The position numbers were made by a program, and so were the translations under genes. This document shows positions 53,478-61,841 of a stretch of DNA of 64,000 nucleotides, piece after piece. Source of the stretch: an uncultured bacterium (GTDB taxonomy: Bacteria; Muiribacteriota; Ozemobacteria; Ozemobacterales; Ozemobacteraceae); NCBI GenBank assembly GCA_964428355.1, contig CAYRYU010000010.1:39334-103333 (forward strand), in the 5' to 3' direction. The stretch's first letter is position 1. Each line of letters starts with the position of its first letter. The notes beneath the pieces were generated by a model that saw nothing but the letters and a program-made list of their open reading frames with translations, made no database searches and was not told where the DNA came from.

Positions 53478-54506
53478 ATGATCAAGAAGACTCTTTCGTT
53501 CGTGCTTGTCGTTTTCTCTGTCTGTTCCATCGGCATTGCTTCGGAAAAGGGAGCCGGGAATGCCTCCGTCGTTCTGGTGAACCGGCTTCAGTATGACGCC
53601 GGCCTCGCCTCTTCCGCCGTCTACCCCACGGACGTCTGCTCGATCCCCTTTGGAACGGACGATGCCAATGTCGGTGGCGATTCCCAGGATTCGAAACGCC
53701 AGGCAGGCGGTGCGCCCACGGCATATGTTCCTCTTGCTGACGGCTCGTTCTGGGTCCTCGACACGATCAACCAGAAGGTGAAGCACTTCGGTGCGGATGG
53801 AAAGCTCATCTCCTGCTTCCCCTTCCCGGAAAGCGGGCCGAAGAAATTCATCTTCATGAAGGACCTTGCGGTGATACCATCCGGCGGGATGTACTTGTAC
53901 AATTCCACCCAGGGAATTGTGGTTCGAGTGGATGACAAGGGTGTTTCGCAGGTCCGGATCGAAGGGCTGCCCGATTCCAGGGAGATCGGGGTAGACAGCA
54001 AGGGCAACCTGTTGGTGTCGAACCCGCGAATGAGGAGCCTGATGCGCTTCAGCCCAGCGGGGGAACTGTTGGAAAAGTTCTCGGGAAAGGATCTCCTCAC
54101 GCCGATGGTGGATTCCGCCGACCAACCCCTGGGAATGAAGTTCAACGAGCAGGAAGCGGAGCTGTTCCGGGCTGAGAAAGCTTCTCCGACAGTGATCGTC
54201 CCGATCGCGAAGTTTCCCCTCCGGGCTCCGAAGGAGAGGAAAGCCCATTTCGTTGCTGCCAACGTGCTCGGTTCGGATGCCAAGAAGAACGTTTACATCG
54301 AGCTGATCGCCTGCGACAAGAGCGGTGTGATCCATCAGCATGGCGTTCTTCGCCTTTCCCAGGATGGAAAAACCCTCGCCCAGGCCGATCTGATTGCCTT
54401 TCCATTCCTCTATCCAAGGAAGAAGATGGTAACCCCTGATGGCAGGATTTTCGGCTTCCGATCCGACAACAAATCCTGGATCCCGATTTCGTATTCGCTT
54501 CCCTGA
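53478..54506 (+). CDS. Secreted hypothetical protein (possible beta-propeller)
   Basis: Signal peptide MIKKTLSFVLVVFSVCSIGIAS. Repeated G-x-hydrophobic strand-like segments. No confident family assignment. Confidence 0.45.
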   Translation: MIKKTLSFVLVVFSVCSIGIASEKGAGNASVVLVNRLQYDAGLASSAVYPTDVCSIPFGTDDANVGGDSQDSKRQAGGAPTAYVPLADGSFWVLDTINQKVKHFGADGKLISCFPFPESGPKKFIFMKDLAVIPSGGMYLYNSTQGIVVRVDDKGVSQVRIEGLPDSREIGVDSKGNLLVSNPRMRSLMRFSPAGELLEKFSGKDLLTPMVDSADQPLGMKFNEQEAELFRAEKASPTVIVPIAKFPLRAPKERKAHFVAANVLGSDAKKNVYIELIACDKSGVIHQHGVLRLSQDGKTLAQADLIAFPFLYPRKKMVTPDGRIFGFRSDNKSWIPISYSLP

Positions 54507-54671
54507 GGCTCAACTCCCGGACTCATGGATTTCGAAAATCACGGACTGGCCCGTTATACCGATCTCCCGGTGGATGGACACCTACGTCCTGACGTTCAAT
54601 TGAATTCCCACCGGGCAGTGGTACTCGATGAAATTCGCCATCAAAAGGCTTGTGAATACCTGGCATTCATT

Positions 54672-54704
54672 GGGAAAAGGCCACCGGCCTCTCGGTCGGT
54701 GGCC
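54672..54704 (-). terminator. Possible minus-strand rho-independent terminator
   Basis: ggccaccg(54679-54686) / cggtggcc(54697-54704), an 8-bp GC stem with a 10-nt loop. On the minus strand it is followed by TTTTCCC. It lies about 150 nt from the RNA ligase stop, so the assignment is weak. Confidence 0.25.
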
Positions 54705-54853
54705 CCAGTATCTGCCATCTCCGAAAACCCGATTTAGGATGCATATGTTTTGACGGGTACGAAACAAGTGCGGTTTGGAAAGGAAAGGTGGGAGGATACA
54801 AAGGGTTCACCAGGATTGTCTGAGGGAGAGACTACCCGGGCAAGAAAAAGGGT

Positions 54854-55552
54854 TCAGGAGCCTTCGGTTACGAAATGAAGTCGATTCCGCTCGAAGGGTT
54901 TGTTTCGCCAGTGCTCTTCAATGCTTTGGACAAATTGAGCGGAGACGACCTTCGCCCGCTCGATCAACCAATCTCCGGACTCCCTTCGAAGGTAGATGCC
55001 TTCCATCGGGCCCTCTGCAAAACCGGAATGCCCAATCAATGACGGGAGGGAATGAGCGAGGAAAACGCCTTGAGCTAGCTTGGGAACCGACCTGAGGCCA
55101 AGCTTTTCAAGGAGTTGATCTCTCCTTCTCGTTCCCCAAAATCTCCCCTCGACCCTGTCATAGACGTCGAAGCCAAGGAACCAGTCCGGGAGGAGGTCAT
55201 AGCGGATGGCATGGCGAGCCAAACACCATTCCCCAAACAACATCAGGTTCGCGCCTAGGTTCTCGACAAGGCCCTCATTTCTTGCCCGTAACCAGTTCCA
55301 GAGGCCAGAAAACTGCCTTTCCCCGGGTGGGGTAAGGTAAGTCCCTCGATTTTGAGCCTTCAGGCTGCCGTCCACCCCCACCGAAAAGCCGAGGTTCGCC
55401 CCGTCGATTTTTTCCTCAACGACAACTTCCTGGCTGAGAAATCTCTCCACCTCAGATGGGGACAGAACCTTGTCGGCCCGGGGAGGTACCCTCCCAAGCC
55501 ACAAAAGGTGGGGGGTATGAGGAAACTTGAAAAACTCTACAGACCGGCTCAT
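54854..55552 (-). CDS. RNA ligase family protein (nucleotidyltransferase KxDG motif)
   Basis: FPHTPHLLWL followed by EKIDGANLGFS (motif I, Lys-x-Asp-Gly) and later GEWCLARH / EGIYLRRE conserved blocks of the small RNA-ligase family. Local GC is visibly lower than the flanks. Confidence 0.6.
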   Translation of the reverse strand: MSRSVEFFKFPHTPHLLWLGRVPPRADKVLSPSEVERFLSQEVVVEEKIDGANLGFSVGVDGSLKAQNRGTYLTPPGERQFSGLWNWLRARNEGLVENLGANLMLFGEWCLARHAIRYDLLPDWFLGFDVYDRVEGRFWGTRRRDQLLEKLGLRSVPKLAQGVFLAHSLPSLIGHSGFAEGPMEGIYLRRESGDWLIERAKVVSAQFVQSIEEHWRNKPFERNRLHFVTEGS

Positions 55553-55749
55553 GGACGTCTCTGGTGATGGGCAAGAAATGAAAGGAACCCATCCAAATCA
55601 AGTGTATCCGAGGTTTCCCAAAGAGGCAAGATCTATCAATGAGTTTGGAAGCCAAGGGTCGCAACGGCATACCATCACCGGAAACTGGAGGTTTCTCCTC
55701 ACATTGACTATGGTGTATAATCCCCCTGGATTTTCCAGGAGACTCCAAG

Positions 55750-56952
55750 ATGGATCCCAACCAGGTCGGACACCGCCAGAGGCTGAGAGACCGGTTTCTT
55801 TCCGGCGCAGGCCAGGCATGTACTGACCCGGAGCTCCTCGAAATCCTCCTTGGTTATGCCCTCCCCCGACGGGATGTTGCTCCCCTTGCCCGAGGTCTAC
55901 TTGAAAAGTTCCGGACCCTGAGGGGGGTCCTGACCGCTGATTTTGGGGCATTGGTGGCCGAGAAGGGCATGACTTCAGCAACCGCCACTCTCCTGAGACT
56001 GATCGGCAGCCTCACCGGCCCGTCTCAACCTCCCGTCAAGGGGAAGATAGGGCATCCCAAAGCTCTGCAACGCACCGTCAAAGATTCGGACCCTCCAACC
56101 CCGGTTCAGCTGACCCTGAAGCCATCTGAGGGTCAGGTGTCCCACCTCGGGCCGACAGCACCGCAGAAGGAGGAATCTCTCCCTCCCAAGCCGTCCTCCA
56201 AGAAGCCTCCCGAGTCTCACCTTTTTGGCAAGTCAGTTCTGGAAGAGGCCATCAAGTTGGCACCCCTGGCCCCGCTCACCGAAGAATTGAATGTGCTCCG
56301 AGAGTTCTTCCAGGGAAACCTTCATTTTAGCGCCCAACTGACGCGCCAACGTTACTCCTCTTACATCCTCAAGCGACTTTTCCCGTCTGGACATCCTGAT
56401 AAGCCCTTGCTCCAGTTCGCGCACCTTTTTTCGGGTTCCCGGGAATGGAGAGAAGTGGCTTTTCATCGATTTCTCAGGGCGGAACCCCTCCTGACACAGA
56501 TCATCCTCGAGTTGGTCCTTCCATCGGTTGGACGGGGAAAGATCTTAAGACAGGCCTTGCGCGAATATCTCCACAGGAAGTTTCCCGATTCCCGAGCCAT
56601 TGATGATTGTCTGCAAGCCGCAATCGATGCGGGGAAGTCGGGCGGCATCTGGACAGCGGATCGGCGGGAGGTCTCCTTCTCCTTTCGAGAGCCTCTCCCT
56701 CGCTCTTTCGCATTCATCCTGCATGACGAATTCCCCACTCCGGGGATGTATGACATTCCGAGTATTTTGGTCACTCCCCGATTCTCGGCCATGTTGTGGA
56801 ACCCTGACCGGTTGCTTCCGATGTGCTATGCACTTCGGAATCGGGGGATTTTGGCCAAGGTTTCCGAGATCGATACCGTTCGTCAGGTCAGTACCCGGTT
56901 TACCCCTACCCAGCTCATCGACTATCTGGAAAAACCACGGGAAATGGAATGA
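55750..56952 (+). CDS. RadC-N-terminal (UPF0758 HhH) domain fused to uncharacterised C-terminal domain; no JAB/MPN domain
   Basis: N-terminal 85 aa (RQRLRDRFLSGAGQACTDPELLEILLGYALPRRDVAPLARGLLEKFRTLRGVLTADFGALVAEKGMTSATATLLRLIGS) match the RadC/UPF0758 N-terminal helix-hairpin-helix region. A Pro-rich linker follows, then about 230 aa lacking the HxHPSG JAB motif. AGGAGA RBS. The stop overlaps the next gene's start (ATGA). Confidence 0.55.
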   Translation: MDPNQVGHRQRLRDRFLSGAGQACTDPELLEILLGYALPRRDVAPLARGLLEKFRTLRGVLTADFGALVAEKGMTSATATLLRLIGSLTGPSQPPVKGKIGHPKALQRTVKDSDPPTPVQLTLKPSEGQVSHLGPTAPQKEESLPPKPSSKKPPESHLFGKSVLEEAIKLAPLAPLTEELNVLREFFQGNLHFSAQLTRQRYSSYILKRLFPSGHPDKPLLQFAHLFSGSREWREVAFHRFLRAEPLLTQIILELVLPSVGRGKILRQALREYLHRKFPDSRAIDDCLQAAIDAGKSGGIWTADRREVSFSFREPLPRSFAFILHDEFPTPGMYDIPSILVTPRFSAMLWNPDRLLPMCYALRNRGILAKVSEIDTVRQVSTRFTPTQLIDYLEKPREME

Positions 56953-57482
56953 AAACGACTCAGATCATCGAAACCCTCCGTGAAAAGCTCAATGTTTCCG
57001 GCGGGAGGCATTTGTACGGCGTTCTGGGAACCTACCCTTCCCTTGCCGCCTTTGGAGAAAAACTTCATCAAGCCCGGACGGTCGAACGGAAGCGATTTCC
57101 CGAACCGATCGATGTGAATCGGGGAATTCTCGACTCCCTTCCCGATGAGGAGTTTTGCACCCTGGCCGGCAACGAAGCTCGGATGCCGGAACCCACGGCC
57201 GCCCAGGTGGATCGCGCATTCGAGGCATTCCTTAGGAAATCTCTGGGCAACCATGGGTTGGTGGTATTGCACCACCTCGAGCTGGTGTTCGCCTATGATC
57301 TCGAATTCTCCCCTCTGAGGACCCTGGCCACGGATAGGCATCGGATCATCCTCCTGCTCCCGGGTCATCGCCGTGGGGCGCGCATCGTTCTGTATCCTGA
57401 CCAGAATGACCGCGAATGCAGCCTCCCCGTAAACCTGATCGCAAACAACCACCTGTTTGAAATTACCGATGGAGATGCCTGA
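56949..57482 (+). CDS. Small uncharacterised protein, translationally coupled (BrxB-position gene)
   Basis: 178 aa, MKTTQIIETLREKLNVSGG... No motif I can assign. It sits between the RadC-N fusion gene and the BrxC-like ATPase. Confidence 0.45.
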   Translation: MKTTQIIETLREKLNVSGGRHLYGVLGTYPSLAAFGEKLHQARTVERKRFPEPIDVNRGILDSLPDEEFCTLAGNEARMPEPTAAQVDRAFEAFLRKSLGNHGLVVLHHLELVFAYDLEFSPLRTLATDRHRIILLLPGHRRGARIVLYPDQNDRECSLPVNLIANNHLFEITDGDA

Positions 57483-57484
57483 AG

Positions 57485-60400
57485 ATGGGCAAGAATGACG
57501 ACCTTTTCACCCAGAGGAAACCCCTTGCGGATATCTGCAAGGTCCCTGAGACCATCATTTCGGTATATGCCTTGGAAAAACACGTCTGGGAGGATGGCAA
57601 CTCCCCGAAGGCCCGGCAGAACCGCAAGCCGGAGCTCCAATCCCTGGAGGAATTCCAATTCGACCCGGTCCGGCCGTTCCTGACGGATATCTTCCGCAAC
57701 ATGGCAGCCCCCTGGAAGAAAGACCGCCGGGATGCCACAGTTGGCCAGGGATACTGGATCCAGGCGGAGTTCGGCTCGGGAAAATCCCATCTCCTCTGCG
57801 TGCTTTCAGCTCTTGCTCTCGGTGACCCGAAAGCCTGGGAAATCGTCAGGGAAAAGGAAAAGGCGGTAGGAAAAGGCAAGCGCGACAGCCTTTTCCGATT
57901 CTGGGAAGAAGGCCTGCAAGCCAAAAGCAGCGGTGGAAGCAAAGGAATCTTCGTCATCGTCAAGACCCTGGTTGGCTCTGGTGGTGGGACGGTCGGCTTG
58001 TCCCAGCAGGGCCGCCGCCTCTCAGAGTACATCATTGACGCAGCAAAAGAGCAACTTCAGGCGGAACTGGGGAAAAACCTCTCGCTATATCCCACCGAGC
58101 TACTGGCCGATCGTTTCTTCCAGGAGGATCTCGACCGCTATCGTAAGGACCTCAAGAAGTTCCTCCGCGACCCGCAATTCTTTGACGAGGATGCCTTCCA
58201 GGACGTCGATGAGTTCCTGCACCAGATCCGCCAGAACAAGTCTCCCGACTACAAGCGGAGCTGCGGGAACAAGCTATGGCGGTTCTATACGGAATTTCTG
58301 AAAGTCCAGCCCCATATTGCCGCGGAGACCGAGGATATCCTCAAGCATCTCGTGGAAACCATCCTGAATGAGGGCTATTCCGGAGTGCTATTGGTCCTCG
58401 ACGAGGTTTCCCTGTTCATGAAGGACCGTTCCGACGAACAGCGAAATGACGATGAGAAAACGTTGGTCGTTTTGGCCAATCGGCTGGCTAAAATCTACAA
58501 CCTGCCGATCTGGACGGTCTGCTCCGCCCAGCAGGCCATCGAGAGCAAGATGGGCCACAAGAACATCTTCGCCGATGATCGACTGAAGCTCGTGAAGCTC
58601 CTCGAAAAGGACACGGATTACTATCAGATCGTCCTATCCCGAGTCCGTGAGATAACGGCCCCAGGGGAGATCGGGCCGTATTTCATCCACTACAGCAAGG
58701 GGTTTTCCTGGCCCAAGGCAATCGGCGAAGAGGAATTCAAGCGGTTTTTCCCCTTCCACAAGCCTGCTCTCGAGGTCCTCCGGGACATCACTCATGAATT
58801 GACGACCGCGCGCTCCGCCATCCATTTCATGCACCAGACCCTCAAACACCAGATCAAGGTCAGGGGAAATGAGCTTATTCGGCTATGGGAATTATTCGAC
58901 GAAGCCGTCCGTTATGAAGAGGACCCCAGTGGCGCACATGCCGGGTTGGTCAGCATCAAAACCAAGAAGGACATGGAATACCGATCCTATGAGGCATGCA
59001 GGCGGCAGATCGATTCGATGACTCGTGGCCACCTAAAGGTCTATCGTGACCGGGCGGTCAAGGTCGTCCAGACCCTGTTTTTGTGCCATGTAGGGCATGC
59101 ATTTCTCCAGGGTCTGACCCCCGAGGAACTGGCCACCGCAGTCCTGATCGAGTTGAAACCTGATTCGACCATCGAAGAAAACGTCCAACATTATGAAACC
59201 CTGGCGGAAAATCTCCGCAAGGAGTTACGGCAGGTCATCGAGACCATTGATGATGAGAACCGTTGCCGCTACCGATTCGAACCGATCGTCACCGGGATAG
59301 ATCCGAGACAGGAGTTCGCCAAGGCCAGGGATGAAGCTGAAGCCAACGAGCTGATGCTCCGCCAGGCATGGGACCATCTCTTGTCCCTCGATCATTGGGA
59401 GATCCGGACGCGGCAGATGACCCTTGATTTGACCCATGGCTATGAACCCCTTTTCCAGGGGTATGCGCCCCCCATCGATCGGCCCTCCTTGGGCCAGGAG
59501 CCTTCACTGGACGTGATCTGGCTGGGACGTCAGGTTACCGGGAAGGTTCGGATGACCGATCTGAGTCACTTGGGTAGCGACAGCCAACTCCTGCCCCCCA
59601 TCGAAACCGATGCGACCGACCATGACTTTGCGGTCTACATCAGTACCCGACCGGTTTCCGACCTCCACGTGAATAAGCTGCTTAAGGGACGAAAAGACCC
59701 CCGCCTGATCATCTGGTCCCCCGCTGAACTAAACGCCGATGAGCGGGACCGCCTTCTCAACTTTGCCGCCTATCGACGCCTGGTGGAACAATTCGGTGGG
59801 AAGGACTCTGAAGATTCGGTGACGGTCATCAACTGGGTCTCGACAAACCTGGAAACCGAAATGGGGCGCATCGGAAAGATAGTGCCCGATTGTTACGCCC
59901 GGGGCCGGATGGATGCCGAAGACAATTCCCGCATGGAGTTCCACGTCGCCGGGGCCCTGGCGGCAATCCTCACTCCCGTTGTCGAACGGGTTCTGACGAC
60001 GGGGTATGTCTCCCATGATCTGGTGTTTGAGCCCCCCTTCGTGTTCCGCAAGGAAGAGGCCGTCAAGGTGATCAACGGTATTGTGAAGACCGGGGAGATC
60101 CCGAAGAACACCAAGCCAAATCAGAACATCAGCGCCGCCCAGAATTTCGGGTTCGGTCTGAAGATCATGAAGAAGAAAGCCGAGCGTGTTCTCGATATCG
60201 ACGACAATCCCTACGTGCAAGATATTCTGCAGTTCGTCGAGGACAAGCTGACCGATGCCAACCAGACCATGAAGTTTGATACGTTGTACAAAAATTTCAT
60301 GGGAAGGGGTGGACCCAAGGATTACGGCTTGACGAGACGAATGGTACAATTGTTCGTTCTGTGCCTTGTCCGGATCGGAAAGCTGAGGATCCTCGCCGGC

Positions 60401-61834
60401 GGGAAGGCGGGGCTGACAAACCCCCTCATCGATCAGGGGTCGATTGGGGGTATCGATTTCTCGGCGAAAATCCTCGATGGGCTTGCGGAAGTGCAGAAGA
60501 TCGCCCGCCCGCAGAATTGGGATGTGTTCCGCCCCTTTGCCGAGATCCTCCTCGGAAGGCCCATTCCCCTTTCTGCCGACGAGGCCGCCGTCGCCGCGGC
60601 CACTCGGGACGTAGCCACCCTCTTTCGCGCCGAAGCGGAAGGGGTGGGCCGTCTTCAAGAACGGGCCCGGGAGGTGTTCTCGGCTCTCGGAGTCCAGAAT
60701 CCCTACGGCCCGGATCTCGAAAAGATCGGCAAGTTACTGGGCTCCGACCTTGGCCAGGATCCCATCGCGGGAATCTTGTTCGGATTCCGTGAAAACCTTG
60801 GCTACACGGCCTTCGATGACAATGTCGCGCGTCCAGAGGATGTCGATGATCTGGCGACCCGGTGGCGGGCATACCGGGATCTGGCGGTTTTCTTGCGCTA
60901 CGACCGGGAGATCGTGACCGCCCAAGCCTTCGCGGCTCATCCTGTTCCGAAGGGAAAGGAAACCGAGCATCTACGGGAGCAGCAACGATGGCTTGGGAAA
61001 CGCCTGGCCGAAATCAAACCCTTCATCGACTCAGAGGTGAAGCTGAAAACCGAGCTATTGGGTACGGACGCCACCGGAAAATCCGAATCCGGCACCTTGT
61101 CCGCAACTCGACAGGCTTTCGGGGACGTGTATCTGCCCGTCCACGATCTGGTTGTTACCCGATGTGACAAGGCCCGTGAAGACATCGGGGCCCTCGGAGA
61201 AAGCGACGATTTCAAAGTAATCGCCGCTCTGGACCGCATTCCCGCCGCCGGACAGGCAATGGCGGATACGCTTCGTCAGGAACTGGGGAAGGTGACGGCA
61301 TCCGTGCCTCGATGTTTGGAAGGTTCGCGGGTCGCCGTCGAGGAACAACTGCGGCGTCACCCCGGGCACGACTGCGGCATCACTCTCGCAAACCAAGCCG
61401 AACTCCTGGAATGTGCCACCAATTCCGTCGAACAGGCCCGACAACGGGTCCAACAGGTTCTCGGGGTGAAACTCGACGTGTTGCAAAACCCGAAGATTCG
61501 CGAGCGTCTGCAACAGGGGGCAAATGATCCTTCCATCGCCGCCATCCTCAAAGCGGAGGACCGGCAGGCATTGGAGGAGGCCATCCGGGGATTGTTGGCG
61601 GAGGGAGTCGATCTTGGGAAGCTGGTGAACCGGTTCCTGAAGAAGATCGTCCTCCGGCCGGTGAAACTGGCGGATTTCCATCCCTCTCTTCACACGCTGG
61701 AGCGAAACCAGATCCCCATCATCGTCGAGGAGTTTCGCCTGTATCTCGAATCGGAGATGAAAAAGGCGGAAGGGGGCGACCCGCAACACGGCTCCGGGGG
61801 GGAGGACGTGCTCCCCATCCTGAAGGTCGAGTGA
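57485..61834 (+). CDS. BrxC/PglY-like P-loop ATPase (DUF499-type) of a BREX-like system
   Basis: 1449 aa. Walker A in context GYWIQAEFGSGKSHLLCVLSALAL at about aa 90-110, the GxxGxGKSH hallmark of BrxC/PglY. Walker B-like VLLVLDEVSLFM. Large helical C-terminal region. Followed 7 bp later by a PglZ gene. Confidence 0.75.
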   Translation: MGKNDDLFTQRKPLADICKVPETIISVYALEKHVWEDGNSPKARQNRKPELQSLEEFQFDPVRPFLTDIFRNMAAPWKKDRRDATVGQGYWIQAEFGSGKSHLLCVLSALALGDPKAWEIVREKEKAVGKGKRDSLFRFWEEGLQAKSSGGSKGIFVIVKTLVGSGGGTVGLSQQGRRLSEYIIDAAKEQLQAELGKNLSLYPTELLADRFFQEDLDRYRKDLKKFLRDPQFFDEDAFQDVDEFLHQIRQNKSPDYKRSCGNKLWRFYTEFLKVQPHIAAETEDILKHLVETILNEGYSGVLLVLDEVSLFMKDRSDEQRNDDEKTLVVLANRLAKIYNLPIWTVCSAQQAIESKMGHKNIFADDRLKLVKLLEKDTDYYQIVLSRVREITAPGEIGPYFIHYSKGFSWPKAIGEEEFKRFFPFHKPALEVLRDITHELTTARSAIHFMHQTLKHQIKVRGNELIRLWELFDEAVRYEEDPSGAHAGLVSIKTKKDMEYRSYEACRRQIDSMTRGHLKVYRDRAVKVVQTLFLCHVGHAFLQGLTPEELATAVLIELKPDSTIEENVQHYETLAENLRKELRQVIETIDDENRCRYRFEPIVTGIDPRQEFAKARDEAEANELMLRQAWDHLLSLDHWEIRTRQMTLDLTHGYEPLFQGYAPPIDRPSLGQEPSLDVIWLGRQVTGKVRMTDLSHLGSDSQLLPPIETDATDHDFAVYISTRPVSDLHVNKLLKGRKDPRLIIWSPAELNADERDRLLNFAAYRRLVEQFGGKDSEDSVTVINWVSTNLETEMGRIGKIVPDCYARGRMDAEDNSRMEFHVAGALAAILTPVVERVLTTGYVSHDLVFEPPFVFRKEEAVKVINGIVKTGEIPKNTKPNQNISAAQNFGFGLKIMKKKAERVLDIDDNPYVQDILQFVEDKLTDANQTMKFDTLYKNFMGRGGPKDYGLTRRMVQLFVLCLVRIGKLRILAGGKAGLTNPLIDQGSIGGIDFSAKILDGLAEVQKIARPQNWDVFRPFAEILLGRPIPLSADEAAVAAATRDVATLFRAEAEGVGRLQERAREVFSALGVQNPYGPDLEKIGKLLGSDLGQDPIAGILFGFRENLGYTAFDDNVARPEDVDDLATRWRAYRDLAVFLRYDREIVTAQAFAAHPVPKGKETEHLREQQRWLGKRLAEIKPFIDSEVKLKTELLGTDATGKSESGTLSATRQAFGDVYLPVHDLVVTRCDKAREDIGALGESDDFKVIAALDRIPAAGQAMADTLRQELGKVTASVPRCLEGSRVAVEEQLRRHPGHDCGITLANQAELLECATNSVEQARQRVQQVLGVKLDVLQNPKIRERLQQGANDPSIAAILKAEDRQALEEAIRGLLAEGVDLGKLVNRFLKKIVLRPVKLADFHPSLHTLERNQIPIIVEEFRLYLESEMKKAEGGDPQHGSGGEDVLPILKVE

Positions 61835-61841
61835 GGGCGGG

